Shown: positions 15,001 to 30,000, numbered from the stretch's first letter. The stretch: DNA of 64,000 nucleotides from Antedon mediterranea (GCF_964355755.1 NC_092674.1:21576001-21640000), one strand, 5' to 3'. Translations and numbers: made by a program. Notes: generated by a model from the sequence alone, not told the origin.

Positions 15001-18000
15001 AAGAAGTATTCAGTGATTTATGTATTGCATACCTCCTACAAGAACATTTGCAGGCCGGAGGCCCAATGTACTTAATACGGTAGATTGTCGTATACATAGC
15101 CTTTCGTCAGAAAAATCGCGCTCAATATACAGGCTTGATCTGCATGCAAGACAATTAGGACGTTTGTATACACAGCGTATAAATGAATGATGGCGCGTGT
15201 ATACAGAGCTTAGCTGTGCGTGTAACACAATAAAGGCGCCTGGTCTGCAGAGTCTGTGGTTTCCCCTTCAACAGTAATGTTTTCTATGCGGTAGGGCGCT
15301 GCCTTCGTCGGGCTGTTTATACATTTTGTGACACTAATCTAATCCAAGACACTAATCTAAGCCAGGACCATTAGGACAAAAGTTGGGTTGCTATGATGCT
15401 ATCTGCTTATTTTTTTTTTTTTTTGTATTTTGTATTAATATTTGTCCTCAGTGAGGAAATTCGGATTAGGCCCTCCTCCACGGACCCACGGCAGCCAGCA
15501 GTGCAGCACCTACCAGATTAGGCAATGAGAGTAAAGCATCTTGCCTAAGGATGCAATTAGTATGGTACAGATAACCTCGAACCCATGCCTATCACATGCT
15601 AGTCCGATATTACCATTACACCATCACTTTCTAGTATATACAGCACCCGCCACGATTTCTAGATGGTCTCCCATCCAGAACGCAACTGGGCCCAACGTTG
15701 CTTAACTTCGGTGATCTGACGAGAACCGGTGTTTCAACGCAGTATGGGCGTATACTTATGCTGTGATCGCACACATAGTCTAACAGTTTTTGGTGCTAGG
15801 TACATTACCATAATAAATCAAATAAAGCAGTCTGTTAAGACTTAATCACTTAGTATAGAACATCTATATATAATTTATTTATTTGCAAGGGCAAAATTCG
15901 GTAAATCGCGCGTTACTTCTGTAATTTTTACTCGATGGTATATAAAGTTGATTTTAACCACCTGATGTAACCCTGTTTACTAACTAAATTGAGTTAGATG
16001 ATTAGTTATTGACAATTAAAACGAATTTAGATTTTCCGATCGTTGAAAAATACCCGCACACAATAATACGAGGATGCTTCGCATTTACCTATCTCCTTCT
16101 ACCATAATTGTTTTATGATATCTGAAAACCGGTTAAACAGATTGTAAACTTGACACAGTGCGGTTAAAACAGTGATAACCGGTGAGAACGATACCCTTAA
16201 TACAATTTAAATATTCATCATTGAGGATGATAGGCTTAAACCATTCGTTTACATTTTAGACGTGGAGTAGAGCAATTAAAGACAACAATTTATTTTCAAA
16301 CGCAATCAGTAAACAGTTCATATAACAAGAATAAACGCGCAAAAAAGCACTCGCATAACGAGAAATGCACTCTTGATAACGTATGTGACCCACAATTATC
16401 CAATTAAATGATCTACTTAGGTGTTTTACACATATGCAATATCAAGCTCACGCAATTTTTTACAAGTAGCCTAATAATTAATAATAATGCCATTTAAGAA
16501 TTGTTTTGATAGGAACTTTTATTTTGATACTTTCGAATGATTATTACCTTTGTATATATGTAATCCTCCTGGTTTAGTAAGCCGTTTGTCGCCACTCACC
16601 CTTGACGATATTCCAGTTTTTATAGCAACTCGATGTATATCACCAGGTGTCCAATCTGTCCAATAGAGATAGTTTCCATACATTTCAAGACCAAAAGGAT
16701 GCTTTTTAGCAATAGAAATAATAATCCTTCTTTCCGTTCCATCAAGGTTAGCTTCTTCGATTTGATCAGTTCCTGCATCACACCAATACATCTTTCCATC
16801 TTAACAAGAATAAAAATAACAAAATGAAAATAACAAAATGAAAATTATAACAATAACAGCATCAACAACAACAAACAACAACAACATCTTGATGAACAAC
16901 AACAGCTTACCCCACTTTTTCCCACAATCGTACGAACAACGAGATGACACGTCTTCATTGCTAACTTATGTTCCAATTGCGAATTTATGTTTAAATGTTT
17001 CCGACATTAAGGTAAAAATTGTAGCTTGATTCAAATATCAAACATATTGCAAAAATAACAAAAACATAGAAAGGCATAAATAACGAACAAATAATAATGG
17101 GAAATGTACCGACAAAGGCCATTCAACAGAACAGAACGTCAAATCAAAATATTACCAGTGAATAATGCAGAGATGGCGTCCCATAACTTACACATTCAAT
17201 GTTTCAGTACCAAGGTCGCTAAAACAAGTAGTCTTCTATAGCTGAATTACTAATTCGTTCAAACAGATTACTAATCCGTTTTAACAGATTATTAATTTGT
17301 TTAAACTGATTACTAATCCGTTTGAACAGATTATTAATCTGTTTAATCAAATCAGTAATTAATTTGAACGGATTAGTAATCCGTTCAAACGAATTAGTAA
17401 TCCATTCATCAAACGAATTGCAACATATACAACAAGTGCCATTTAAAGTATATGTTGTAATTTGTTTAAACAGATTAATAATCTGTTCAAACGAATTAGG
17501 AATCCGTTCAAACGGATTAGTAATTTATTTAAACGGATTACTAGTTCATTCAAACGAATTACTAATTCGTTCAAACAGATTAGTAATCCGTTTAAACAAA
17601 TTAATACTTTGTTTAAACAAATTAATTATTTGTTGACACAATGAGTAAAGATTATTAGGTTAGAATTCTCAGGTTTGAATAATTAAGTTATAATATATAA
17701 ATATAATCTTATTGATTCAGTCAGAATATTTATTTATTAGGTTATATGCATTATCATGCATACAACCTATTGATTCTGTTAGGATCTTTATTTATTCTTT
17801 CCTTAGCACTATTTTGTCCGTCAATTATCTTGATACCAGTTTCATCTAGCTAGTTAAGTTAATTAAGTATAATTATTCATTAAGGCCAGGAATCGATGTG
17901 GTTATGTTTTCACGGTGCGCAATCAAAAATTACGCGGTCTACGCGAGATTTAACAAAATCACGCTTGTAATCATATCTTTACAAGCATGAATCACAATTA

Positions 18001-21000
18001 AACAAAATTTGGTACTCATAAGTTTCAGGCCTCAGGTCATATTTCATCATATGCGCGCTTAAAATTTTCAAAATTGTCAACATTTATTTTCGATGAAATT
18101 AGAGTACGTTTCAGGCAATTTTAAGCGTTTAAAAAATTGCCATGAGTGCGCAGAGTTTTGCACGCGCACTGCGTGTTAAACGTTAATTTGCACTCTTTTT
18201 GCTCGATTTCTGTTTTACAAACTTTCTTTAATAATATCATCATATTTGATTCACTTTTCAAATCGAAATTACGTTATACGAGCACGTCAAAAGTGACCGG
18301 CTACGCACGTGTAAGTTAATCGTCGGAATGCTCGGGAACACCTATTTTTCATTTCATTTTCTTGAATTGTATGTATCATATGTATGATTTAATATGAAAT
18401 TAAGAGAACAAAAGTTGATTAAGTCATCATTAATAAATTAAATTTAAAAAAATTTATTCCAACAATCAAACAAATTATGACATATTCTTAGGCCAAAATA
18501 ACAAACTTAACATTAACTTTCTTCCTTAAAATGTTCATATATTAAAGTTAAAAGTATATAGTTTGACAGTGCATCATTTTTTTTTATTTTTTAAAGATGT
18601 CATCATAGTAAAAAAATATAATTCATTGCGGTATGTAATAATCTATCTGCACCCAAGTGGTTACTGTATAGTAAATACACAGAGGAATCTACAACTTTTA
18701 GTCAGTTGTGTATGGCTCGGTCTGTGCTCGTGTCTATGGCATTCAAGGTACCGAGATTGAGTCTCGCCTTTGGAAACGAAACGAAATAAGATTTTTTTAA
18801 ATTATCCGTATTGTGTTGTTCAATTTTATTTCTTAGTGTTTAGATTATACACATGATTTATGATGAAATCTAGATATATATTTTTTTATATCCGTATTAT
18901 TTGTTCAATTTTATAATGAAATCTAGAGTCTTTATTACTATGTTATAAGGGTGGTTTATGACATATACGCCAGGGACGGAACAAGGAGTGTTGTCCTAGA
19001 GACCCGGACAACCCAATTAATTTCATACGAAATGTTGTTTCTGCCACTAAATTAAAATGTAAGTCCTATTTCATCGTATACAATATCCATATAACGTTAT
19101 AGAAGTCCAGTCTGGAAGAGAAAAACTGTAAATTGGCAGAATGCACCGTAATATTTAAGCAGCAGTCCTACTATACCGCGCGCACAATACGGCGGTCGAC
19201 GTATTTTTTGTAGATAAGTTTATGAGCATGCGCAGAATGAATTTCTGACTGACTAGTTGTCCTCAGTGAGGAAATTCGGACTAGGCCCTCCACGGACCCA
19301 CGGCAGCCAGCAGTGCAGCGCCTACCAGATTAGGCAATGAGAGTAAAGCATCTTGCCTAAGGATGCAATTAGTATGGTACAGATAACCTCGAACCCTATA
19401 AATGCTAGTCCGATATTACCATTACACCATCACTCTCCAGTATATACAGCACCCGCCACGATTTCTAGACGGTCTCCCATCCAGAACGCAACCGGGCCCA
19501 ACGTTGCTTAACTTCGGTGATCTGACGAGAACCGGTGTTTCAACGCAGTATGGCCGTATACACACTGTTTTCGGGAAAAACCCGTCATACGGATCGTCGA
19601 TTTTTTCCATATTTATTGCGTTTTGTCGGAGGGGTTTCCATAATTTAAGGCCAAATCATAATAGGCCTATGTATAGTTTGGTTTTTTCGTGTAGTACCTT
19701 ATTTATCTTTATTTCCGAATACATCCGTCATATTAGGCCGAAGTTCGGTATTAACAGTGTTATACAGGTAGCAGAGCAAATTTTGCTTTTTCCTGCAAAT
19801 TTCATAAATGAAATTGAATTTTGGAAATTGTGGTTTTAATTAACTTAACTTACTTATTTAGCATTGAATTCAAAATAATACAATTTAACATTTTCCTCAA
19901 TATTTCCAAATGAACTTGTTGTTATAATATATACAAAATTATTCAATCAAAGAAAAGCTCTACAAGATTTTTCTGCAAATTGTCTTTGTTGTATTTTGGA
20001 GGGCTATTTAAGCAACACTGTTGTACAGTTTATAGTTGATAAATGAAAATGAATTTTGGAAATTGTGGTTTTACTTTCTAACTTATTTAGCATGTAATTC
20101 AAAATTATGCAATTAAACATTTTGCTCAAATATATTTATAGCAGCAGCTTCATATTTTTTGTATAACGCAAAACTGTTATCCTATTGTTTTTAGCGTATG
20201 TTTTATTACCGGCGGAATAATAATAGGCTACAATCCTCGGTTTTCTAGCGTATTTCGCGTAACAGTTCCGGCGAACTAGCGGTTCCATTTATAAAAATGC
20301 ATTTTACGTGCGAGAGTACCATTTGCGGCCATCTAGGTGTCATTTAACAATTTGCTTCGCCACAGGACCCCATCGTCACATTCGGTGTCTACAGCCCTGA
20401 ACTCGTTGGGCAACCATTTTCAAATAGTCCTGCGACCGTCCCTGTATGCGGAGGGATCTTTGATCGGATTGTTTTTTATTGTTTTGTATATTGCTCGATG
20501 TTCAGTGATACCGGCTATTGTATTTGCGTTAGCAAGATCCTATCTTTACATATTATAAATAATTAAAGATTCTGACAAAATCAATCAAACAATATATATT
20601 TTAAAAATCAATTATCTTTACTTAAATTAATGCATATAACCTAGTGACGAAATAAATCTAGTTATCAGTTTGTGTTTATTTGTAAATAAATAATATCAAT
20701 ATTTTAATAAAACGATTAGCTCACCAGACCGTGCTGCAAAAACCACGCAAACCAATTTGGCAATTTCACTTAATTTAGCGTTACAACGACAACGAAATAA
20801 CAGTCATAACAGCATGAACGGACAAGAATTCCCACATTACAAATCACACAAAATTTAAATGTAAAGCCGGCTGTAATGGCAATTGTTTTAAAAAATTTTC
20901 AACGGAAAATCAAAGAGGCGTTTTACATTAATTTAAGTTGGAGCTTCACTTAGAAACTATATAAACAAATAAATTCACTGCTAATATTATATTTTTATCT

Positions 21001-24000
21001 AGGCATAACTTTCACAATAGAGGTTTACTGCAGTAATATTCTTGTCACATGTTCAAATGGGTTTTTTTGGTCTCATAAGCAACTGTTTATGCAATGTATC
21101 ACATAGCCTTATATGTCAATCTTTAATTATCAGATTTATATTTCAAAGGTCAATAATCACACTCTTAGTTATTTTTAAACAATAAAATCCATTAGTTTGA
21201 ATTATAATTATTATAAAATAATTTGCTCCCAATTTAAACTTTCTATGCCATGTCGCTATTTAGATGAGAAGTACAGGTCAAATGCCAACATTACAGAAGA
21301 ATGGTTGTTCCGGTCACTTTTTGAAAACATGTTGCATTATGGCAAATACAATAAACATAATATATTGTGAACAATTCACACAAACTCCTTCCAACTGCTC
21401 TTTTTTTACGAGGCGGTTTTACTCTATGTTCAATATTTTGTTTCTATGGAACGCCAAAAAAGCAACATTAATAGCGGGCTAAAAACTTTGTGGAATCCAT
21501 CTATTTCAATAATTCAATATATTTTGCCACTGTCAATACAAATAAAATGTTACTGTTGATACTTTACACGGTTTCGTTAACTTTAAGAATAAAATCGACA
21601 AATTCATCATATCCCCTTAGGTCGCCCTTATGACTAGGCCTATGGTAAGTAGTGATGTTGATTTTAAGATTGATTAATATTTTTTGAAAAGAGAAAAGTA
21701 TCAGCAGTAACATATTACAGCATTTTTTATTGAAAAATTGACAAAATGTATTGAAATTAAACCTGCATTTCACCAATAAATTAGGGTTTTAGCCCTCTAT
21801 TATTGTTTTTAGCGCTTCATAAAACGAAAATATTGAAAGTTGAGTATGCGAAAGTTTGCGAGAAACACGTCTGTAAAATCACCAATTTTTATTTATAAAT
21901 AATACCAAGTATTTATTTGTTACTTTTTATACTCTTTCATAAAAGTCTGAAAAAAGGCCTAATTCTAAGGTGTGGAATTCAGGATAAAGTTAGATAGGGA
22001 AACTATTGTTTTTAAGCTGTAGTATATCTTAGAATTTGTCTTGTCTTAGGTCTTAGGTTTTGTGATCTTAGGTCCTAGGGGGTCTTAGCTTAGATCTTAA
22101 GTTTCGTGACACCTGAGCTCAGCGTTCTGTTATTAGATTACCTTGTTTATACTAAAAAGCTGAACTTTATTAGAGCGCGTTTTTTGTTAGGTAGGGATAA
22201 TTCCAAATGACACGTGATGCGTAATTGACTAATCAAATTGTAAGAATACAATCAGGTGTGTTATAATACTGTGTACATACATGGTAAAATTGTCTAGGCA
22301 ATTTAGCTTAAAAAATAACAAAGAAACTGCAAAAACGGTTTTCTTGTGGATATCAAATTTCAAAATAAAAAAAAAATATGCAAATTACAAATAGAAATAT
22401 GAAGTATTTCTCACCATATCTCACCAACCGCTGGTTGTAGTGATTTGTTTTTTGGCAAAATAGAATAGAATAGAACGTCTGTATATATATTCCTTCTAAT
22501 AAAATTTTTTATCCAAACATTCCCGACAAACTTTCACGGGATTTACATAACTACTTTAAATAAATACTTTATTTTAGTCTCTAGACTTTGATGTATATTC
22601 ATTCGAGAACAGAATTTCAAAAGAGCCCCGTCCTAAATCAAATCTATTGTTGATAAGAAAATTAGTATACTCTTCCAATAATGGATTCCATATTCCACAC
22701 ACGCACAGTAAAAACTGAAGAGAAAAACATATTTTTTGTTTTTAAAAAAGATTTCACACAAACAAGTTTAAAGATAAGTGATCTCGAATAAACAATCATA
22801 GCTTTATTAAAGTATAAAATAAAATTGTCTACATACATTAGTTATGAAGATATGTAAATCCTGTAAAATGTTACTAAATCTTTTAAATATAAAGTCAGAG
22901 GTCAATCACGGCATTACCGGTCATTTTGGGGAAAACCGTTCAATAAGAAGGAATATAAACATTTAATTCTGAAATATTTGAGAAGAAATCAACACTCTAC
23001 AACTAGCGTTTGGCTTGCTACGGAGACCTTATATTCGTTACCTTAATCTGTATATTTCATTGTAAACAAAATGTGTGTGTGTTCAATTAAAAAAAAACTT
23101 TGTTTGCAATTTGTTTGACTTAAAATGGTAGATTACCTAGACTAAAATGAATTATGACTTACTGGGAACTGATAAAACAAGTCCGTTTGGAAATAGAAGA
23201 TTGGTCGTTACTATGGAGGTTCTGGTACTTGGGTCTTCCAACTTTGCTCGCTCTATTATCGCTGTTGCGAGTCCCCAATCAGTCCAATACAGGTATCTAA
23301 TAGAATAAAATGTTTCTTTGTAAGCAATCTTTCGTTCTCATGACGCGCTTAGTGTGCCACAATAAATAATACATCTTTGCAGTACCGTAACTGTGGCGTA
23401 GCATTCTCTTTTCACGAAAATGCTAATTCCAGAAATGTTTTGAGGTTTGACCAATATAATGGTAATTGAAATCTTGACAAAGAGAAATAGTGTTTTTTTG
23501 CTCTATTAATTGTGACCCGCTCTGGCAAAACCCTCTCTTTGTCGGCATTTCGAAATTCACGTAATCAGTCAAAATACGTTCAAATCGACTACCCTGGCAG
23601 ATTACATGTTTTTGCATTCCAATTTTGTCATTTTGGTTTGTGATCGTGGCGCCCTTGTAGTGGGTAATGTTTGTGAGATACTACTTTCAATTACAAAGTG
23701 ACACATTTCTCTATCTCATTAATTTTGCATATCTGGCATAACACTCTACCATTTAATTTACATAATAATAGACTTTTAACCAAAAAATAGACAAAATACC
23801 TGACCTATAGTATATCTAACATAATATGATACAACATCAGCGTCAAGGGCGGATCCAGGATTATTTTTGCGGGGGGGGGGGGGGCGGCACACGCGATCGT
23901 AGAGAGAAAATACACTGGGGGAAGCCCAGAAAAAAAATGCATTTTATGGTGTTCGAGATCACTAACACACTCCTGATTCGATCATCTGTAAAGGGTCTTG

Positions 24001-27000
24001 CACACCTGTTAACAGTTCCGAACTTCAGGGTGGCGAAAGTATTTTTCTCTGAAAATCCGAGAGAGGGCGTCCTATTTGTCCCATTTTAGGGGAGCATATT
24101 ATGAATATGCATCTCTCTGCGCTCGCTTTCTGAATGAACATTTTAATACGCTGCGCTTTCCGAATGAATTGCCGATTCTTACAAAGGGAGGATATCGCCT
24201 TGTTGTAACTACGTATAGGCCTACGCCTTTTTCACGAAACGGAAGACATCTTCGATCGATGGCAAACAATGCCGTGCTACGAAGCGTAACCAACAGAAAT
24301 AACATAACGTTTTCATGGGATTTCAGGACACCATGTTAATTTAAAAATCGTAACTCTTCAACGGAGGATCGTATGAGAAAAAAAATTACTGTAAAATGTT
24401 GTTAAAAGATTGCCTACATCACTGTGTGATTGAAAACAATTTGAAAATTGTTTTTCACTGCTTAAAATCCATCGAAAAAAACACCACAGTGTATAAGCAT
24501 AGGCTGAAAATGCTATGTTATTTCTGTTGGTTACGCTTTGTTGCACGGCATTGTTTGTCATCGTTTTGTGAAAAAAGCGTATTGGTCCCTGGATGTAGCA
24601 TTCAGATATCGACGCCCGCGGCGGCGTGAGCTGGGCCAACTTCTAAATATAGAAGAATTGTAACTTTAATTAATTCGTACAAAGCCCTTGTAACTTGATA
24701 CAGTCTAGATATCGACGCTTGGACCATGGAGTTGCTTGGACCGCAATGAAAATAAGTTCGGATCGTTCACCTTTGTTCCCGGCCTCAAACCCCTCCCCCG
24801 CTCTATCGACAATGCCAACACAGTAACATAGGGTTAGGCCTACAACATTGAAATAAAAAAAACATTTCTGTGCGATTATTTGGAGTGAATTTTGAGACCA
24901 ATACCTCTTGATATTATAAATATAATTAATACCAATAGTCTGTATATTAATCAAATCACCACCAGAAGCGATGTACTATACATGATGTATTGTTTCTTAT
25001 AATTATTATGGTGCTAGGTTTTCCCATCATCAATTAGCTTTTAATGTTTATAGCAAGGAAGTGCGGAATCTTGAGTGTATACATAAAAAACAGAACAGCG
25101 ATTTTACACGCGTCAGGCGTAGGCCTATAGTCCAGATCCCTATGTATTTTCGTGTGCAGATCATGGGGAAAGTGTAAACATTGTGTTTTATGAATATTTG
25201 AATCATGCTGGTTATAAAAACCGATGTTTTTCCCCAAAAATACCACATTTGTATGTGTTTTCATAAACTTGGCTGGTTATAACTTTGTTTTAAAGATTTT
25301 TTTACAGCAACCTGTAATTTACATACCACTTTTATAACATAATAATATCAGTTAGACTAGGCTATGAATGAGGTAGGTGCCACCCGGAGAGGTAGAAATT
25401 CTCATATGACTTTTCTAGACCAGTTTTTTCTGGGGAATCCAAATATATTGGGTAAACGGGCTGTAACCTGAGAACTTTCGCGTGAGGGCGCTTTTTTCAA
25501 AATGGCTGCCAGTTACAGTAGACTATGATATCTTGGCAACCACTGGTCATAGAGAGTTGATTTTGGTGTCAAATTGTTTGGAATGTACATGTTCCTATTT
25601 GATGTAATAGAACATTTTGTCAGAAAATGGCCGGAAATACCTCTATTGACCTTTGACCCAATATCTAACAGATATCATATCTTCGTAACTACTCGACACA
25701 GAAAGTTGTAATTGGTGTCAAACTCTCCAAAAAATAGATGTTTATATTCAAACTAATAGAACATTATCTGTAAAAATGACCGGAAATAACGTTACTGACC
25801 TTTGACCCAAAATGCAAGACATTTCTCCCATCTGATCACGTTAATCTTGTCAATTAATTCATTTTGTGCCAATTGGAGGTTGACATTCTCATATTATTTT
25901 CTGGACCAGTTTTTTATGTGCAATCCGAATATATGAGATAAATAAGCCATAACAAGGCCAAGAATTTAATTCTCTTTTACTACATACATGCTTCCCTTTA
26001 GTGTTTCAGACTGTATGTCGTGTATTAATCTTCAAGATTGCTCACATCACTGCAATCTGAAAAGTCTTCATATTCATTATGTGTAAACAGTTCCTGGACA
26101 TCAGTGGGAATCACTGTCTCAATCCATTTAGGCTCCATTTGTTCGTTCCATCCATTGTGTGTACTGTTGTTGACAAAATCATTGACGTCTGCTGATTGCC
26201 ATTTTTTAGTAATGAAGTTTGCTCTAAGTATATGAAACTCAAGGGTCTGCTGACATAGTGGCAGTAATGATATATCTGTAATCTTGTTGTGTCTGGAAAA
26301 CTTTCTGTTGAAGGTATCATATCTTGCTTGATTTACACTTTTCCCCTTCACTCCATACAATAGTGAAACATACTCTTCAAATTCCTCATACAACTCTTTT
26401 GATGGAACATCTGACACTCCAAGGTTGCAGAATGCGTCAACAAATTTTGCTTTTGATTCCAGAAGCTTCCAGCAGGTACGTTTTCCTTTCCGAAAGAAAG
26501 CGGAGTTATAATCGTTACCTGTGAAAGCATGGAATCCAATAAGGGATGATTTCTGCGCTTTTGTTAAATCAATGTCACTCAATTTCAGTACCTTTCGGTA
26601 TTTCCCAGTGTTTGTATCAATAACGGAACGAATTATTGCTACGCCTTGATTGTTATTTGTTAAAGCATGCTTTGCATGCAGGATGACTTTCGTGTAGGCT
26701 TCTTCTTCCGGCTACTATTAAGCTCCGGAACCAATACTATACTATATTATATATTCTCTTTAATATACAATACTATGTATTATATTTAATTAAGTTTCTC
26801 TTTTGTATATTTTGATTAAGACAGGACCACAATGTAAAACAGATACACTGTTATCTGATTGTTTTATCCTGTATAAATATATTATTTATTATTTATTATA
26901 ATACAACATCTCAGTTAGTAACGTAGATGCATTCTTTGTACGATGAAAAGTAGGTAACATCAATCCTCATATCTGTTAGAATGCTTTCTTTCTTTGACAC

Positions 27001-30000
27001 TAGTACACAGCGAATAAGCTCAATCAATCTGGTCTTGTTCTCGCCGTTGGCAAGGAAATTGTTGAAATCACGGCCGACTTTGATATTGTTGAGCTTACAA
27101 TTACTTTTGGTGCAATACCGCGTATGTTTCTCTCAACAGACTTAATGCTTTTTGGCAGGTATGCATCGGTAACAATATCAACACGCTTGTATCCTTTAGG
27201 GATGCTGTTGAAAACCTTTGCTACAAGATCCTCGTACGTATCAGGGTAAGATGTAAATGTTTTGATTAATGCCATCAAGTCAACAACATAGGCAATGACA
27301 GTAGCCTTTGCTGGCAGTGCCCGACCAGGATCTATAACATCTGTTGAACTTTCGATGAGAATTTCCATTAGGACACTTTTCTGAGTTGTTCGTCTTGTCC
27401 CATATTCATTAGCAAGGCTTAGCGGGACAGGGGTAAGTGGATACTCAAAGGCTTTCTTAAAGTCAATTATTCTACCATGCTTTGTTGAGGTGGCAAGAAG
27501 CTTTTTTAAAACATCCCGATTAGCTTATATTACTTTTACTTTCCCATTTGCCTTGATTTCTAGTTTCTTCCCACTATTCGAACATAAAGTGAGATGATGT
27601 TATGGATCCTGGTCGAGCACTGCGAGAAACAGACGCAGTATTGCACCAAAAGTAATTGTAAGTAAGCTCAAAAATATCAAAGTTGCCCCGTGATTTCAAC
27701 AATTTCCTTGCCAACGGCGAGAACAAGACCAGATTAATTGAGCTTATTCGCTGTGTAGTAGTGTCAAAGAATGAAAGCATTCTAACAGATATGAGGAGTG
27801 ATGTTATTTACTTTTTATCGTACAAAGAATGCATCTACGTTACTAAACTGAGATGTTGTATTGGTTCCGGAGCTTAATAGTAGCCAAGAAGAAGCCGACA
27901 CGAAAGTCATCCTACATGCAAAGCATGCTTTAACAACAATCAAGGCGTAGCAATAATTCGTTCCCATTCTGGAGACATTGACATTCCAGTCATTTCACTA
28001 TCTCATTTCATAGATGATGGGCAGAGGGTAATTATTGATACAAACACTGGGGAATACCGAAATGTACTGAAATTGAGTGACATTGATTTAACAAAAGCGC
28101 AGAAATCATCCCTTATTGGATTCCATGCTTTCACAGGTAACGAGTATAACTCCGCTTCCGTTCGGAAAGGAAAACGTACCTGCTGGAAGCTTCTGGAATC
28201 AAAAGCAACATTTGTTGACACATTCTGCAACCTTGGAGTGTCAGATGTTCCATCAAAAGAGTTGTATGAGGAACTTGAAGAGTATGTTTCACCATTGTAT
28301 GGAGTGAAGGGGAAAAGTGTAAATCAAGCAAGATATGATATCTTCAACAGAAAGTTTTCCAGACACAACAAGATTACAGATATATCATTACTGCCACTAT
28401 GTCAGCAGACCCTTGAGTTTCATATACTTAGAGCAAACGTCATTACTAAAGAATGGCAATCAGCAGACGTCAATGATTTTTTCAACAACAGTACACACAA
28501 TGGATGGAACGAACAAATGGAGCCTAAATGGATTGAGACAGTGATGCCCACTGATGTCCAGGAACTGTTTACACATAATGAATATGAAGACTTTTCAGAT
28601 TGCAGTGATGTGAGCGATCTTGAAGATTAATACAGATACACTAAAGGGAAGCATGTATGTAGTAAAAGAATTAAATTCCTGGCCTTGTTATGGCTTATTC
28701 ATCTCATATATTCGGATTGCACATGAAAATCTGGTCCAGAAAATAATATGAGAATGTCCACCTCCAATTGGCACAAAATGAATTAATTGACAGGATTAAC
28801 GTGATCAGATAGGAGAAATGTCTTGCATTTTGGGTCAAAGGTCAGTAACGTTATTTCCGGTCATTTTTACAGATAATGTTCTATTAGTTTGAATATAAAC
28901 ATCTATATTCTGGAGAGTTTGATACCAAATACAACTTTCTGTGTCAAGTAGTTACGGAGATATGATATCTGTTAGATATTGGGTCAAAGGTCAATAGAGG
29001 TATTTCCGGCCATTTTCTGACAAAATGTTCTATTACATCAAATAGGAATATGTACATTCCAAACAAGTTGACACCAAAATCAACTCTCTATGACCAGTGG
29101 TTGCCAAGATATCATAGTCTACTGTAACTGGCAGCCATTTTGAAAAAAGCGCCCTCACGCGAAAGTTCTCAGGTTACAGCCCGTTTACCCAATATATTTG
29201 GATTCCCCAGAAAAAACTGGTCTAGAAAAGTTATATGAGAATTTCTACCTCTCCGGGTGGCACCTACCTCATTCATAGCCTAGTCTAAGTGGAACACACT
29301 GTCGTTAGTGGTGCAACCAAAATAAAACAGTATAAAAATTGAGCAAAATAATGAAAAGAAACAAAAAAAAAGCAACATAAAAATGTATACATACCGTATG
29401 TAAAGCTATACTAAAAAACTACAAACTATACATATGTTATAATATGCAAAAGAAAAATTAGTTAAAAATACAAATAAAACAATACATTTTGTGCTAGGTA
29501 AATAGGTCACATAATTTTGTAAAGCCTGTTCAAGGAATTGTCAAGGATCAAGTGGTGTTTATATAAAATAAATTTCTTATCAACGTCTTCCCAGGTAGAG
29601 TGGAGCCCGCAGTAGTTTGTTTTTAAGTTCATTATACAACTCATGTCTTATTGTGAAAGTCCAGCGAATTCTAAATAAAAGTGGTCAACTGTTTTTTTTT
29701 TATTATCGTTTTATTATCGACCATGACAATTTTCTTCCTTCAAGTTCATGGGAGTTTGAACGGACTTTAAATTTAAGGTTGATACCCAAGAAATTAGTCT
29801 GGGTACTTAGTATATGGACTTTCAAAGTTTGGTTCCTTTATATTTCACATAATCACTTAGGAATTACTTTGATTTATTTATTCATTACTCTTCTTCTCTG
29901 TTTTTTATTGTTTTAAGTGGCATCAGGTTCAGTATTGAAGTGATCCAATAAATTACACCTACGAAGATTGTCTTTTATAATACATAACAACTTCCATTTT

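Larger units (their letters stand above)
25353..29287. mobile_element. Fold-back Academ (XPG-type) DNA transposon derivative, 3.9 kb
   Basis: Termini TAGACTAGGC...GCCTAGTCTA, 3-bp TSD AGT/AGT, inverted arms over 1.5 kb. Both arms encode [11 protein letters not shown] and [22 protein letters not shown] (XPG/FEN1-like motifs known from AcademX proteins). Confidence 0.85.

Noticed and set aside
15636-15755. Functional 5S rRNA genes (also 19441-19561)
   Set aside because: The 3' half is diverged, there is no oligo-T terminator, and both copies continue into the same tRNA-like and tail modules, so these are SINE heads.
26025-28630. A divergently transcribed pair of host nuclease genes
   Set aside because: They are fragmentary, frameshifted, intronless and enclosed by TIRs and a TSD, so they are transposon-derived.
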